Source of the DNA: Saccostrea cucullata
Taxonomy: Eukaryota
Assembly (NCBI RefSeq): GCF_032062105.1
Contig: NW_026929278.1
Coordinates: 186,001-250,000 of the forward strand
DNA: 64,000 nt
Reading direction: 5' to 3'
Both the position numbers and the translations under genes were made by a program. The notes below the pieces were generated by a model. That model was not told the origin of the DNA and made no database searches. It saw only the letters and a program-made list of their open reading frames with translations. Shown piece by piece: positions 52,861 through 64,000 of the stretch (the first letter of the stretch is position 1; each line of letters opens with the position of its first letter).

Positions 52861-55800
52861 GCTATAGTCTGTTTATTCTGAAACATGTCCTGTGAAAAAT
52901 GTGTGTTTGCACACCTTTCTGAAAGACTTTCATGATTTTCAACAGAAATGGATGGCTTAAGGGGGGGGCGGGGAATAACAATTAATACATCTTATACTTA
53001 AATGCAAAAATTACAGCTCACTAGCGACCGAGATGCTCGTAAAAATGTATAATATCATTTACACTGACAAACCTTTGTTTGCCTTTGCTATTAATGCGCA
53101 CAGAGGATCTTACCACGAGCAACGCCAAATACATGTTTACATGTTACTTCGAACACGTGGTTCAGGTCAATCAATGATCATATCAATGGAGTGCAAAGTA
53201 AAAAAAATGTTCCTATGACAAATTAGAAACTATCAATAATATCACTGGCGTTTTTAATTTGTTAATAACTATAGAGAAAAATATGCTTAATAAAACGTAT
53301 ACGTAGTTCATGCCAAGTTCAGAACACCAGCAATTCAAGGATAAGGAAAACGAGCAGCTTCTCGTATGCGTTTAAATGGACAACATATTTTTTACATAAC
53401 TATACATGTATACTCGTGATCACGTGTGTTGGTAAGGGAATCCACCTGGCAATTGTATTCACCGATGGGACAATGAAGGAATTTTTCAAGCGTAAAATTC
53501 CTGTAGTATTCATATAGTAACCCATAATGCAATTCTCATTCATCTGATTTGTCAGTTAAAGTCACATTGGTGTCTCATTTGCTAATCTGACGCCAAAAAA
53601 TATAGTCCCGGTTCCCATGCAAAATATTTGTCTAAAAAGAAACTTTAATTCATGACATCAGAAAATTGTATTATAGAAAAAAAAAACTTTAAAATAATTT
53701 AAATTTGAATGAATTCAAGAAAGATCGATTGAAGTACATTCTACAGAATGATATTATAGGGTGGTGAAAACTAAAACACAACATAACTTTTCTGTTTACC
53801 ATGTCTCCACGTGCTAGTCACTTCCTAGCCACATTTCCGTGAATTATTTACTCTATCTATCTGAAGTCTCGCTAGTTCTCGCTTGAGCCAATGTCAGAGC
53901 TACTCTGAACTCATCGGGTTTTATGATATGCAGAACACGGCAAATAAAAGGTTCCGAACACATTAGTAGGGGTGTACGGGCTGTTTCTCGGAGATGGCAA
54001 GGACAATTTCCTGAAACTTCCCTGAAAGTTTTATGATGATATCACATTTAATATGAAAATTATGAAAAAAATAAAGAAAATATGTAAGTGTACATCGCAC
54101 ACGAAAGCAAATGTCATTTACGTCTCTTATCATGATCTCTTTTTCAGCTTCACACGCGTCTGTTAACATGGAATCCTCTTTAATATAGTGAAAAACCACT
54201 ATTGACTAATGGACTTATTTAAACTCACTTCTGTCCTTTTCTGTTTTTTTAAGCAGATTTCAGTCGAAATTTAGTCGAACGATCGCATCACTTTGTAGGC
54301 AGCAGAGAATAGACATTGTTTGACGTCGTTCGTGGCTCAGATCGTTCCCCATTGTCTACGTTTAACAAACAGGGATACCTTACTTCTTACTTGCTGTATA
54401 TATTTTCAGTATAGAGGAAGAATTTTAATTGAAATTCATGCCATTTAAAAATAGCTTCTCCATTAAAACCTAGTATGTAATATCACTTCTGTGCTCTTTT
54501 TCCCGTATCTGATGTATACAAACCACATCCAAAACAATTAAATACATCTCCGTGCGCCGGTTACGCGTTTGACGACGTCATTTCCATCAAACTCACTTCC
54601 AACAACACTTTGAAAATCATTACACCAGTTATCTGTTTCTTATGCTTTTTATATAAAATTTTGACAGATTTTGATTCTGGTTTCACTGATGATTTAAATT
54701 TGAGGTCACTGTTTTATATAGCACTAAAAAAATAAAAGCAAATGTAATGGTTATATGCGTAAATTATTCCGAATTGTGTTCGTTCGCCGACAGACCTCAT
54801 CGGCCTTTCATATAAAATGTACCAATAATATTAGTATGAAAGATATTTTTAAGAATTCACAATTTTTAAGAACATTGGATATATTATGTCTATGCAACTA
54901 TTTGGTTCATATTTGTTGCATGTTTAAAAAGTTCTAAACATTGTCTACGACTTTTTTGGATAACCCTCGTATTCAGTAAAAACTGAGAAAATTACATGAA
55001 AATTTTAAAAACCATATGCTAGTACTTTTATTTGTAGAAGAAAGGTCTTAGATTTGTGTGTAACATGTATATAAGAGTCATTGAAAGCCCAAGTAAAAGT
55101 AAACATGGATACTGTGTATTTTTTTTTCTAAATCATACGTTGACCTGTTGCTGTAACAAAATACATCGAAAGTGTTAATTGATATACAGGATTGAATTTT
55201 CCAAGCCTTTGTACATGTATTGGGATATATATGTAATGAAATTCGAGAAAACGGTTTGCCAAAATCATTTGAGAGATCTGTTTGTGTAATTCGAGATCTC
55301 AAATTACAAATCATGATCTCGAATTAATAATCTGTGAAACGAATTATGCAATTATGTAATTCAAGATCTCGAATTATAAATCAAAGGAACGAGTTAGTAA
55401 ACTGTGACGGCGAAACATGTTATTCGAGATCCCGAATTATAAATCGAGGGAACGGATTGTGTAAATCTCAAATTATTTTTTACTTTTTTGAGAAATAAAC
55501 GTGTCCCTTCAGCGCTTTCGGACAGACAGACAAATCCATGTATATAATTTAAAAAGTAAACAAAATATATTTTATAATTAATAAATTGACTTTAAATGAA
55601 ATCATCATTCTTTTCTCACGTCGTATAAACAATATAAACAATAATTCGTGGATGTTTTTTGAATTTAATTTTAATTTATGGATAAGGTTTAAAAAGAGTT
55701 TGCATATATATTTTGAAAATTCTGGCATTGTGTCTATTTTTTTGTGTTTTGAGTGTTTTTGAAAAAAAATAATTTCCTGACCAACCGCAGCTTGTTTTAG

Positions 55801-58482
55801 ATGTCAACACCAAAAGTTTCAATCGCACTTGCAGGTATGGTTAGCGAAAAATCCAAGTTTGTAATCTGGATTTCAGTGATATACGTCACTTTACACGCGT
55901 TCAACATTGACACTAATGTCAATCTGTGTACTGCTAAAACCCTTATTTGAATAAATATGGTATATAATTAATTCTGGGTCAATTATTCTGAGCATATTCT
56001 GAAGTACTCAATAGCGTGATTTTTACTTGAAAATCATATAAGTGTAAGAGCTAGTTTTCTGTCGCATAAAAAATCATATATATGAAGGCCTCCAAAGTGC
56101 GATGGTACTTCAAGATCCGATGGTCACGCCAAAGTCCGATGGTCTTCGTTAAACCCTGATGGTGTGCCACGGTTTTGACGTCATAGTACTACAGCGCCAA
56201 ACCTCAATGCACCGTCAAACCAATGTCTAAAAAATAAGTATGAATAAATAAATGCAAAAACTAACCCTTATCCATAATCGCTCAGATAGGTGCGATTCTA
56301 ACCCTAAAAACTGTGTATTAACTATAACCTATATATCTTGGGTGGGTGCAAGACCATCCCTAATCACACTACTAGTCTGCGAGGGCTAACCCTAAATCTC
56401 TCGGGTTGATGCAATGCAAGGACTAACCTTAATCAATCGACTTTGGAGTCTTACATATATATATCGGTATGTTTGTAAAAATAATCCAAACCAATTTAAA
56501 TCATTAGATAGTCAGCAAAATTTCACCATCTCCCATACCAATTTAAAATACATTCATAGTACGGTATGAAAATCTGACATCCTGTATACATGTTTACAAT
56601 AATAAAATAAAAGCCATTTCTCAGGGGAAAAAAGATACAGCATATTCTTTTTTTCACTATTTTTTTTTAAACTGAAAAAAAAAATGTCGACAAAATCTCA
56701 AATTCTCAATTTATTTGATAATTACAAGTATAGTCTACATTTATTCCTAATGTCGCAGAAGCATGCAGATTATTCGATAATAATGAAAATAAATGGAATT
56801 GCATTGACTAAATTAAAATTTTTAAAATTTACTCTGTGAGATGTTTCACTGAATGAAAGTCCGATGTCTGGAGTGTTTTATCCACTGCCCGCTATATATT
56901 CAGCAAATGTTGATCTTCGTACGTTCTCTTTACAAGCCACAACTCCGCACTGAGTGTTAAAGAATCAGCCTTGAATGGTTTGACAGAAAATACTCAACAA
57001 AGAGACAACTTTGGGGTTAAATGATATGACTTGAAACACTTTAAGCCTTATTAAAACATAACAAAAGAAAGTAAAAATTGCAGATTTTTTAACTACAGTG
57101 TGCTTCCAGTGGACAACAGACAGGACGAAAAGAAAAAAAAAACTGTATCCCGATATTATATGTACTAATCAAGCTCGACTATCTGTAAAAGTTTCAAAAC
57201 TCAATCTTCAATTGATTTGTGAAAAAAAGTTAGACAAAATTTTATTTTTTAGGGACAATAGATCGATGCTAAGTAAATACGACCAGAGGTAACGACGGCA
57301 AAAAGACAAAGTAAGATAAGACCCCATTTTGGCGCCTGGTTTGGAGTGTCTTTAGAATGGCACAGCAGTTTCTCAATAAAACTTTGTTGTCCCCATGCCA
57401 CAAATTGAATATAAGTGTTATGTTATGAGATACACAGATCATGAGATCACAGGAAGGTCAAAATATGTATCACTTTCTCACTTCTATGAGATTTTCATTG
57501 ATTTTACAGTACATTTTGTTTAAAAAAAATGAAATAAAATAAAATAAAAAAAAAAACAAAAGAGCACAAACTTGCTTATCTACTAAATTTAAATTATTTA
57601 TACTATAATTAGTTGAGGGGTCAGTACCTGGTTGATTCTATGTTATCGGGTTTGGATAAAGAATTTATAACAAAAGAAACAGGAGTTCAACAAATGTCAT
57701 CAGACCGACATTAGTATTGCCTTATTCATGCTCGTAGTGTCCGTCACGTTAAGTTATACTCTGCTAGTGGCCACCCTCTGATAACAGAAGATATTGAATT
57801 GTTCTTATTTATGACGTACAGTCATGCAATGCTACCAGAGACTTACATTCACTGTGTCTACACATGTAGCAATAGAACAGGCAAGCTTCTAAGGGTTGAC
57901 TTTCCTCTATGTTCTGCCTCTAAATAGTTAGTCATAAAATCACAATGCAGTTAATTTATTGTGGCAATCCTTCTCTGACAGGCAATGCACCTACTGTTGT
58001 TAAATAATGATACTTGTGGTGAGACTTAGTATTGGGCCATCAACCCAACTCACAAAGCTATAAAGCGTTACAATACACTTTTACATGTGTCGGATGAATC
58101 TTGTATCTAAAATCTCTGATGGGCAAGCTTATGTTTTATATTTTCGGAAGTTATATGTATATACATGTAAAAATTAAAGAAATATAAATTAATTCTATCA
58201 GAATGAAAGAAATTTGGGAATCTGCTTCCCGTGCCTTTCTTGTAAGCTTCAAAAGATAATTAGAGCTTGTTTCAAAACAAGCATTACTGTATATTATTAA
58301 CTACTTATTGCAATTTTAGCTGTGTTTTAATTTTTGCTTTAAATAAGGGGCCAGATTCGACATTTAACATATCTTGTCCTTTACAAAAGTACCCTCTGTT
58401 CATGTAATTCGACATCATGATAAAGAATTGTATATGTTGAGGATTTCTTGACACATCGTTTGCACAAAATCGGTCAAAAACA

Positions 58483-59900
58483 TAGACAAGAGGTCCATTG
58501 AACTTTCAGGTTATTTGAGCATTATGTAAAACTTCCCAACAATTGAATTTTATTCTTGTTTAAGCCATGACATTCATATTGGAGGAACATGGCTCTTCAT
58601 AACTATGTTACACTTACATTGTAGCCTCTATAGGCAGAGTAGGGGAACGAAAAAATCCCTTCAACAAATCAGTCATAATTTGCAATATTCAGCAGTGTTC
58701 ATAACCCACAGGAACCCTTGTCCTCGGGTGATACAATTCAAATCTTGGGAAAGGGCACCCTTATATTTACGCAAACAATCCTGCGCGTCCTATCACCAAA
58801 ATCCTTGACCCCTGGGACAACGAAACTCTTAATTTTATAACACACATCCTTGCTCATATCTACTGAATATAATTAGATAAATTGTTAGCAAGGATCAAAA
58901 CAATAATACCAAGGAGCAGAGATTATTTTCAAAGAATTAATGAATACTCACCTTTGGGCCATTAAACTCAATTTTGGAATATGCACCCTTGCTCATCATA
59001 GATTGTATGTAATTTGTTAGTTTCAAACCTAGAAGTCGGGGAGAAGATTTTTAAAAGAATTAAACAGTCACTGTATAATCAATACAGCTCTGCTTCAACA
59101 CAAAACCTATGACCCAGGGTCGATGAAAGTTTCAATTTTGAAAGACGCATCTTTGTTCATTATAATCAAATATTTAGTCAGTGCTTAATAACAGGGAGCA
59201 GAAGACAAGAGGATGAGATTTTTAAAGAATTAAATAAATACATATTTACTATATAAACAAAACAGCCCTTCCCTTACACCAAACCCCTGATTCGGGGACC
59301 ATGAAACTCTAAATTTTGAAAGACGCATCCTTGCTCATCATAGTTAAGCATGTAGATTCTTTAATAAGTAGAATCAGAGGAGAAAATGTTCACAAAACTT
59401 ATTAAATATTCATTATATAATAAATAGAGCCCTGTCCTTAAACCGGAATCTCTAATCAAGGGTTCATGAAATTGGCAATTTTAGAAAAGATGCTCTTGTG
59501 CAATGAAAATGTACATTAATTATGTTTATTTAATATCCATGGACAGAAGAAGAATATGGAGATAACGAACAGTATTCAATCTTAAAGTCCCTAAAAAAAT
59601 TTCCAAGATATAATGCACTTTCTCTATATTCTCTATAAACATGTTTACCCGCCGTAGCATTAGCAGCCCTGACCCTAGGTCCATGAAGTTCACAATTTGG
59701 TAGAGGACTCAATGATGCCAAGGGACTAACTCCTTGATGTTAAGGAGTAATGAAGAATAAATTTAAACCATTGCTTTCAGTGGTATTGGTGTCATCATTC
59801 AGTTCCCAGGGAAAGGGGAATAAAATACACAATTTTTGTTCCCCTTCATTCATGCTTTATGCCATAATTGGTTGAATTGGTTAAATGGTTTCAGAGAAGA
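58483..59900 (-). repeat. Degenerate Helentron-associated tandem array (~140-180-bp units)
   Basis: ACAAGAGG terminus at ~58485. CATCCTTGCTCAT-like motif recurs at ~58843, 58983, 59146, 59324 and 59490. Confidence 0.5.
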
Positions 59901-59904
59901 AGTA

Positions 59905-60180
59905 GAAGAAGGATATGCAGATAACAAACAGTATTCAAACAATAAAGTCCATAAAAAATAAAAAAAATAGGAGCAGAACAAACACGGACCTCCGATAGAT
60001 CAGAGGTGGGATCAGCAGCAGTGGAGGAGTGAGCATCCCCTGCTGACCGGCCACACCCGGTGCTACTTGTCATGATCGGGAATTAACGGGAAAATCCGTC
60101 CTCAATTCAGTGTACTAAGTATAAATAATGGACTAACAATTAATATGAAAAACGATAACTTGTATTTACTGGCAGGTGGA
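59905..60180 (-). mobile_element. 3' end of the same Penelope-like family as 231-345 and 44430
   Basis: AAACACGGACCTCCG...CAGAGGTGGGATCAG...GGAGGAGTGAGCATCCCCTG...CACACCCG. Confidence 0.65.
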
Positions 60181-60239
60181 AAATATTCAGTAGTTAACGC
60201 ACGACGGCAGACCCCCCGAATAGGTATCATTCAACTTAA

Positions 60240-60690
60240 AAGTGAAAAAGAATAAAAATGTCCTTCCTTCAAGAACTTTTGGCGGGGAACTTGAAAACAA
60301 TGAATTGAATAGAAAGAATCCTTTTCCGATATAAGGATATCCGACACAAATCCTCTTATTATTAAACAGAAATTAGTCGAAATAAAAGATGCAAAACCTG
60401 CAAAAGGCAGGATTGCTGCCGCTGCAGTTGTCAATAATTATGTTTTTTCTTTAAGACTTCCAAATGAAGCAACAAATTTTACGGCTGAAGCAAAAGCTAT
60501 ACAATTTGCTTTTGAATACATTAAAACTTCAAGGAAAAATTTTCCTCAATATTTTCAGATGTGCTGTCATGTTTAAAGTCCATACATAATTTGAACAATT
60601 ACCATCCATATATTTTGGATACATTAAATAAGTTCTTTATTATCTTTGTAATTTTAAATTTAACTTTTTTTTACATTCCAAGTCCATCCA
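60240..60690 (+). mobile_element. RNase H fragment of an I/Nimb-group LINE
   Basis: GRIAAAAVVNN..SLRLPNEATNFTAEAKAIQFAFEYI, then after a frameshift IFSDVLSCLKSIHN..HPYI. Confidence 0.7.
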
Positions 60691-61741
60691 ATGGGACGTA
60701 AAATTGTGTTCCGTGTCAAGGATCACAACCCCTTTGGCACACAGAAGACCGTTTCTCTGGTTTTCGAAAAAGAGTAGGCTCATTGGCGGCCGCCAAAGAA
60801 ACCTAACAATTTTCAAAACCATTCATACAGTATTTAAATTTTCCCGCTGAAATATGGCTGAAATATTGCCGAATCGAAGAAAAAAACCAATAATCAATTA
60901 ATCAGTCAATCATATTATGAAAATAACCAAGTCGAGACTCTACCCACATATTGAACAGTTTTAAATACCCGCACCTGAAATGAAAAGCAAAAAAATATAG
61001 CTTCACTTCACTTTTTTTTTAAATTGTCTTGGCAGTGAACCAATGTTTGGAATTTCTATAGTAATTGTCAACAGGGTATTCACCTTCTTCCCCAAAACTG
61101 GAAAAATCTGTAGTGTGTGCTAATATTACTGAGTATTTTGGATTCATAAATTGCATTGGACATTGACCATCCACTTCGAAATCATTTGAAAGCAACGCTC
61201 TTTAACTTCGTCTTGAGTGAAATCACATATTTGATATTTCTACTTTCTGGCAGCCATTAGAGGTATTTAATTCTTAAGATATTCAATGTATAATAAACGG
61301 ATTTTCAACGATTCTAAATTATTTTAAAGTAGTTAAAAAAGGATGGCTATATAATAAAAAAGTGAAATGAACCAAAATCACAAGACTGAAAAAATGTAGG
61401 GAGACAGTCATTTTGCACGACAAAGGCTTTTAAAGAGTTATCTGCCCTTGATGAAAAAGAGAAAAGTTTTAAATTTTTCAAAATCTCTGCGGGAAATATT
61501 TTTTTTTAATTTCATAATTTAATAAAGAGAGAGTTTATGCATATTTTCACCAAGAGATTTGTTTGAAATTCAAATTACCTTTTTTTAAATATATGTTAAA
61601 AACAAGCTCTGACCATAGTACCATAATGCATCTAGGTCTTTTGTTGTAAATCAACTTTTTTTTTTTATTTTCTAGTCGTTTTTTGTTTACTTTTATTATT
61701 ATTTTTTTTAGATGTTGTTTAAATTACCAAAATTACATATA

Positions 61742-62035
61742 GGCGCCCGCGTGGCGCAGTGGTAAGAACATCCGGTTTAAAGTCGTGGGGTAAAGAGTTC
61801 ATCGGGCTCATGGCCTATTTTTAGACATGGAGACCGGTCCTTAGGGTGAGAATAAAAAAGGTTCCGTACTTCAGTAATTATTGCAAGAAAAAATTCTTTG
61901 CTGCTCTGTTTCACTGGGTGACGACAATAGGTTAAAATGTTTAGCTCTCAGCATTTGGTGTTGTCTCCATATGAATGAAAACTTGTATTCTGTTGAGGGA
62001 TGCATACAACAAACAAACAAGCAAAACAAACAAAG
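61742..62035 (+). mobile_element. tRNA-derived SINE, degenerate (same family as 36033 and 40793)
   Basis: GGCGCCCGCGTGGCGCAGTGGTAAG head, GGAGACCGGTCCTT core, GTCTCCATATGA, (AAAC)n tail. Confidence 0.7.
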
Positions 62036-62691
62036 AGTGTATAAAATCAAAGTGCGTTTGTGACAAAAATCGACCCATTAATGTAACTGAATAAAGTTTT
62101 TCATTTTTTTTTTATAGAATGTCTATTTTCTTTAAAATATCCAAATTATAATCGTTCAGTTTTTTTGTTTTATTCGAATGTATTTGTGTTAACTTTTCAA
62201 CATTGCAATAAATTATGCAGGGTCATAAGCAAGAAAGCTTCGAATTTCTTTGCACTCTATATTTTTTATTAAATAAATATAGCTTAGTACTTTAACCATC
62301 ATACAATGTAAATACTGAACTTTTTTTCTACCAATTTCTTTTGAAATTAAAAACTGGCCGTCAAGATTAAAATCCATACAAAACCGACTGGGTTTTTACT
62401 GTACGAAAACTGAAATACAGAAATTCTTTATTTATACCATAAACAATTATCAGGTATTTAAAAAGCTTGCCTGATTAAAATCGATAAATATTTGTATCCT
62501 ATTGAGTAATACTATTGTGGGTATGAAACATTTCCTTACAAACTTAATTCGAGAACCTTGCATGAAAAAAATCGGAATTTTATCTAATTTGTAGAAGCGG
62601 CATCTCTACACTGCATACTAAAGAGTTGTTTTCTGTGGGGATTTTCTGAAGTGGTGTGGTCTGCCCTTAGATCTGAATTGAAAGCTTCATA

Positions 62692-62824
62692 GTGGAGTTT
62701 TATGAAGAGACTTACTTTTACATTCGACAGCTGACTTTTACATTTTAGTAATGGGAGTTGGTCACAGTTAAATTGTGAAAGTCAGTCGTCGATTGTAAAA
62801 GTAAGTCTCTTCATAAAACTCCAG
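62692..62824. mobile_element. 133-bp hairpin MITE flanked by TA
   Basis: TGGAGTTTTATGAAGAGACTTACTTTTACA ... TGTAAAAGTAAGTCTCTTCATAAAACTCCA: ~50-bp inverted arms, TA on both sides. Confidence 0.85.
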
Positions 62825-64000
62825 TACACACATTATAGATTTTGTTATCAAATCATGCATTGTAAACAAATTTAAAAGATGGATATTATCAAATACACAT
62901 TTTCCGGAGTGTTTTTTCTCCAATGTAATGTGTGTCCATTCATGTTTTTTTTTTCTTAAGGGGTGGGGTTGAGGACGCGGATTGACTGCCTTATCATATA
63001 TTGGGAATGAAATAGATAAAGAACCGTTTCGCGCCTACACTTAACAGCCATTTCATTCAATATTGAAAATAATTTCGCCATAAAGTATTTGTTTAATAAA
63101 AACACAGTTCAACAGTAATTGATTAGTTATCTTAATTCCAGTGCCAAATAGTTTAATATTAAAAAAATCCAGCACTTAAAATAAGGGAGTTAGACAACAG
63201 TTTCTACTGAAATCGAGCTATACAACATTATTATATTCTCAAATAGTCTTGGATATAATAAATATTTCTTAAATCGTATTTTATGTTTTATGCATATATA
63301 ATTACATGTAAGCATATGTATTAGTAAAATATAATGTTTCAGTTTTAAAGCACTTGGAATTTGCTAAAAAAGATCATTTTTGTCCTTTTTGTTTTGTATA
63401 TAAACATATGTTCCCCCTCCCCGTGAAACACAAAAAAACTGTGTATGAATTTTTGATTTGAAGTCCATATTACATGTAACCAGAAAAGTTTCACGTGGTG
63501 GGGAAGGAGATGATTTAAAAAATAGTCCCTTTTCCATCGGTTTCTGTAGTGAAAAATTGAGTTTTACCAAAGTTTTAGACTTATCTATCGTTCTTTTCCC
63601 AAAGAAGTAATATTTTATGAAAATCCAAATAAATATCAATATAAATGTCAAAAATCATTCGAATGTGTTAACTTCTGAAAATTGACATAAAGGTATGCTG
63701 GAGAACAATAGTTTTCCAATATTTAGCCTTTCTGGAAAGAAAAATTTAAGATTTTAAACTGGTTTCTTACTTATTGTGTGCATCTGAACAGAGACATATG
63801 TAATAGATCAAGCTTCTGGAGACCGTGATTTGTTAAACTGCGTTGTTTATTATTTTTGTACTAGGCCTTCTATGTAAGAAAGTAACCGCAGGATTGGGAA
63901 ACAAATTAGAAGAAACATTTCTTTTGAGTTGCATATCCTTATACTGATATTTACGGTATGTTGATTAAAAGAATGAGGTAAAACTTGTAGAAAGGATATC

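Noticed and set aside
56260-56430. Interstitial telomeric repeats (CTAACCCT)
   Set aside because: Only four dispersed, non-tandem motifs, probably inside a small repeat element.

Overview
AT-rich eukaryotic genomic DNA, most likely a bivalve mollusc. The oyster-like assignment is inferred from recognisable SINE, Helentron-satellite and Penelope-like families. There is one 447-N scaffold gap. The window is mostly nested transposable elements and local duplications. Two spliced protein-coding genes can be reconstructed with GT-AG introns and consistent phases. The first is a coiled-coil + BEN-domain gene (minus strand, 4 exons, 5122-7205) inside a ~5.4-kb insertion that interrupts one copy of a ~500-bp tandem duplication, so it appears to be transposon cargo. 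The second is a NAL1-like trypsin-fold serine protease (plus strand, 3 exons, 35236-39898) with an intact His/Asp/Ser triad. The first coding exon of each gene could not be found. Other highlights: a 1.66-kb LTR element encoding only a double zinc-knuckle/coiled-coil ORF; a Penelope (RT + GIY-YIG) insertion with a long inverted arm and two minimal hammerhead ribozymes; a three-level foldback-in-SINE-in-PLE nest; TA-targeting MITEs with same-direction subterminal arrays; and a diverged ~5-kb segmental duplication. All family names come from motif recognition by eye, not from database searches.
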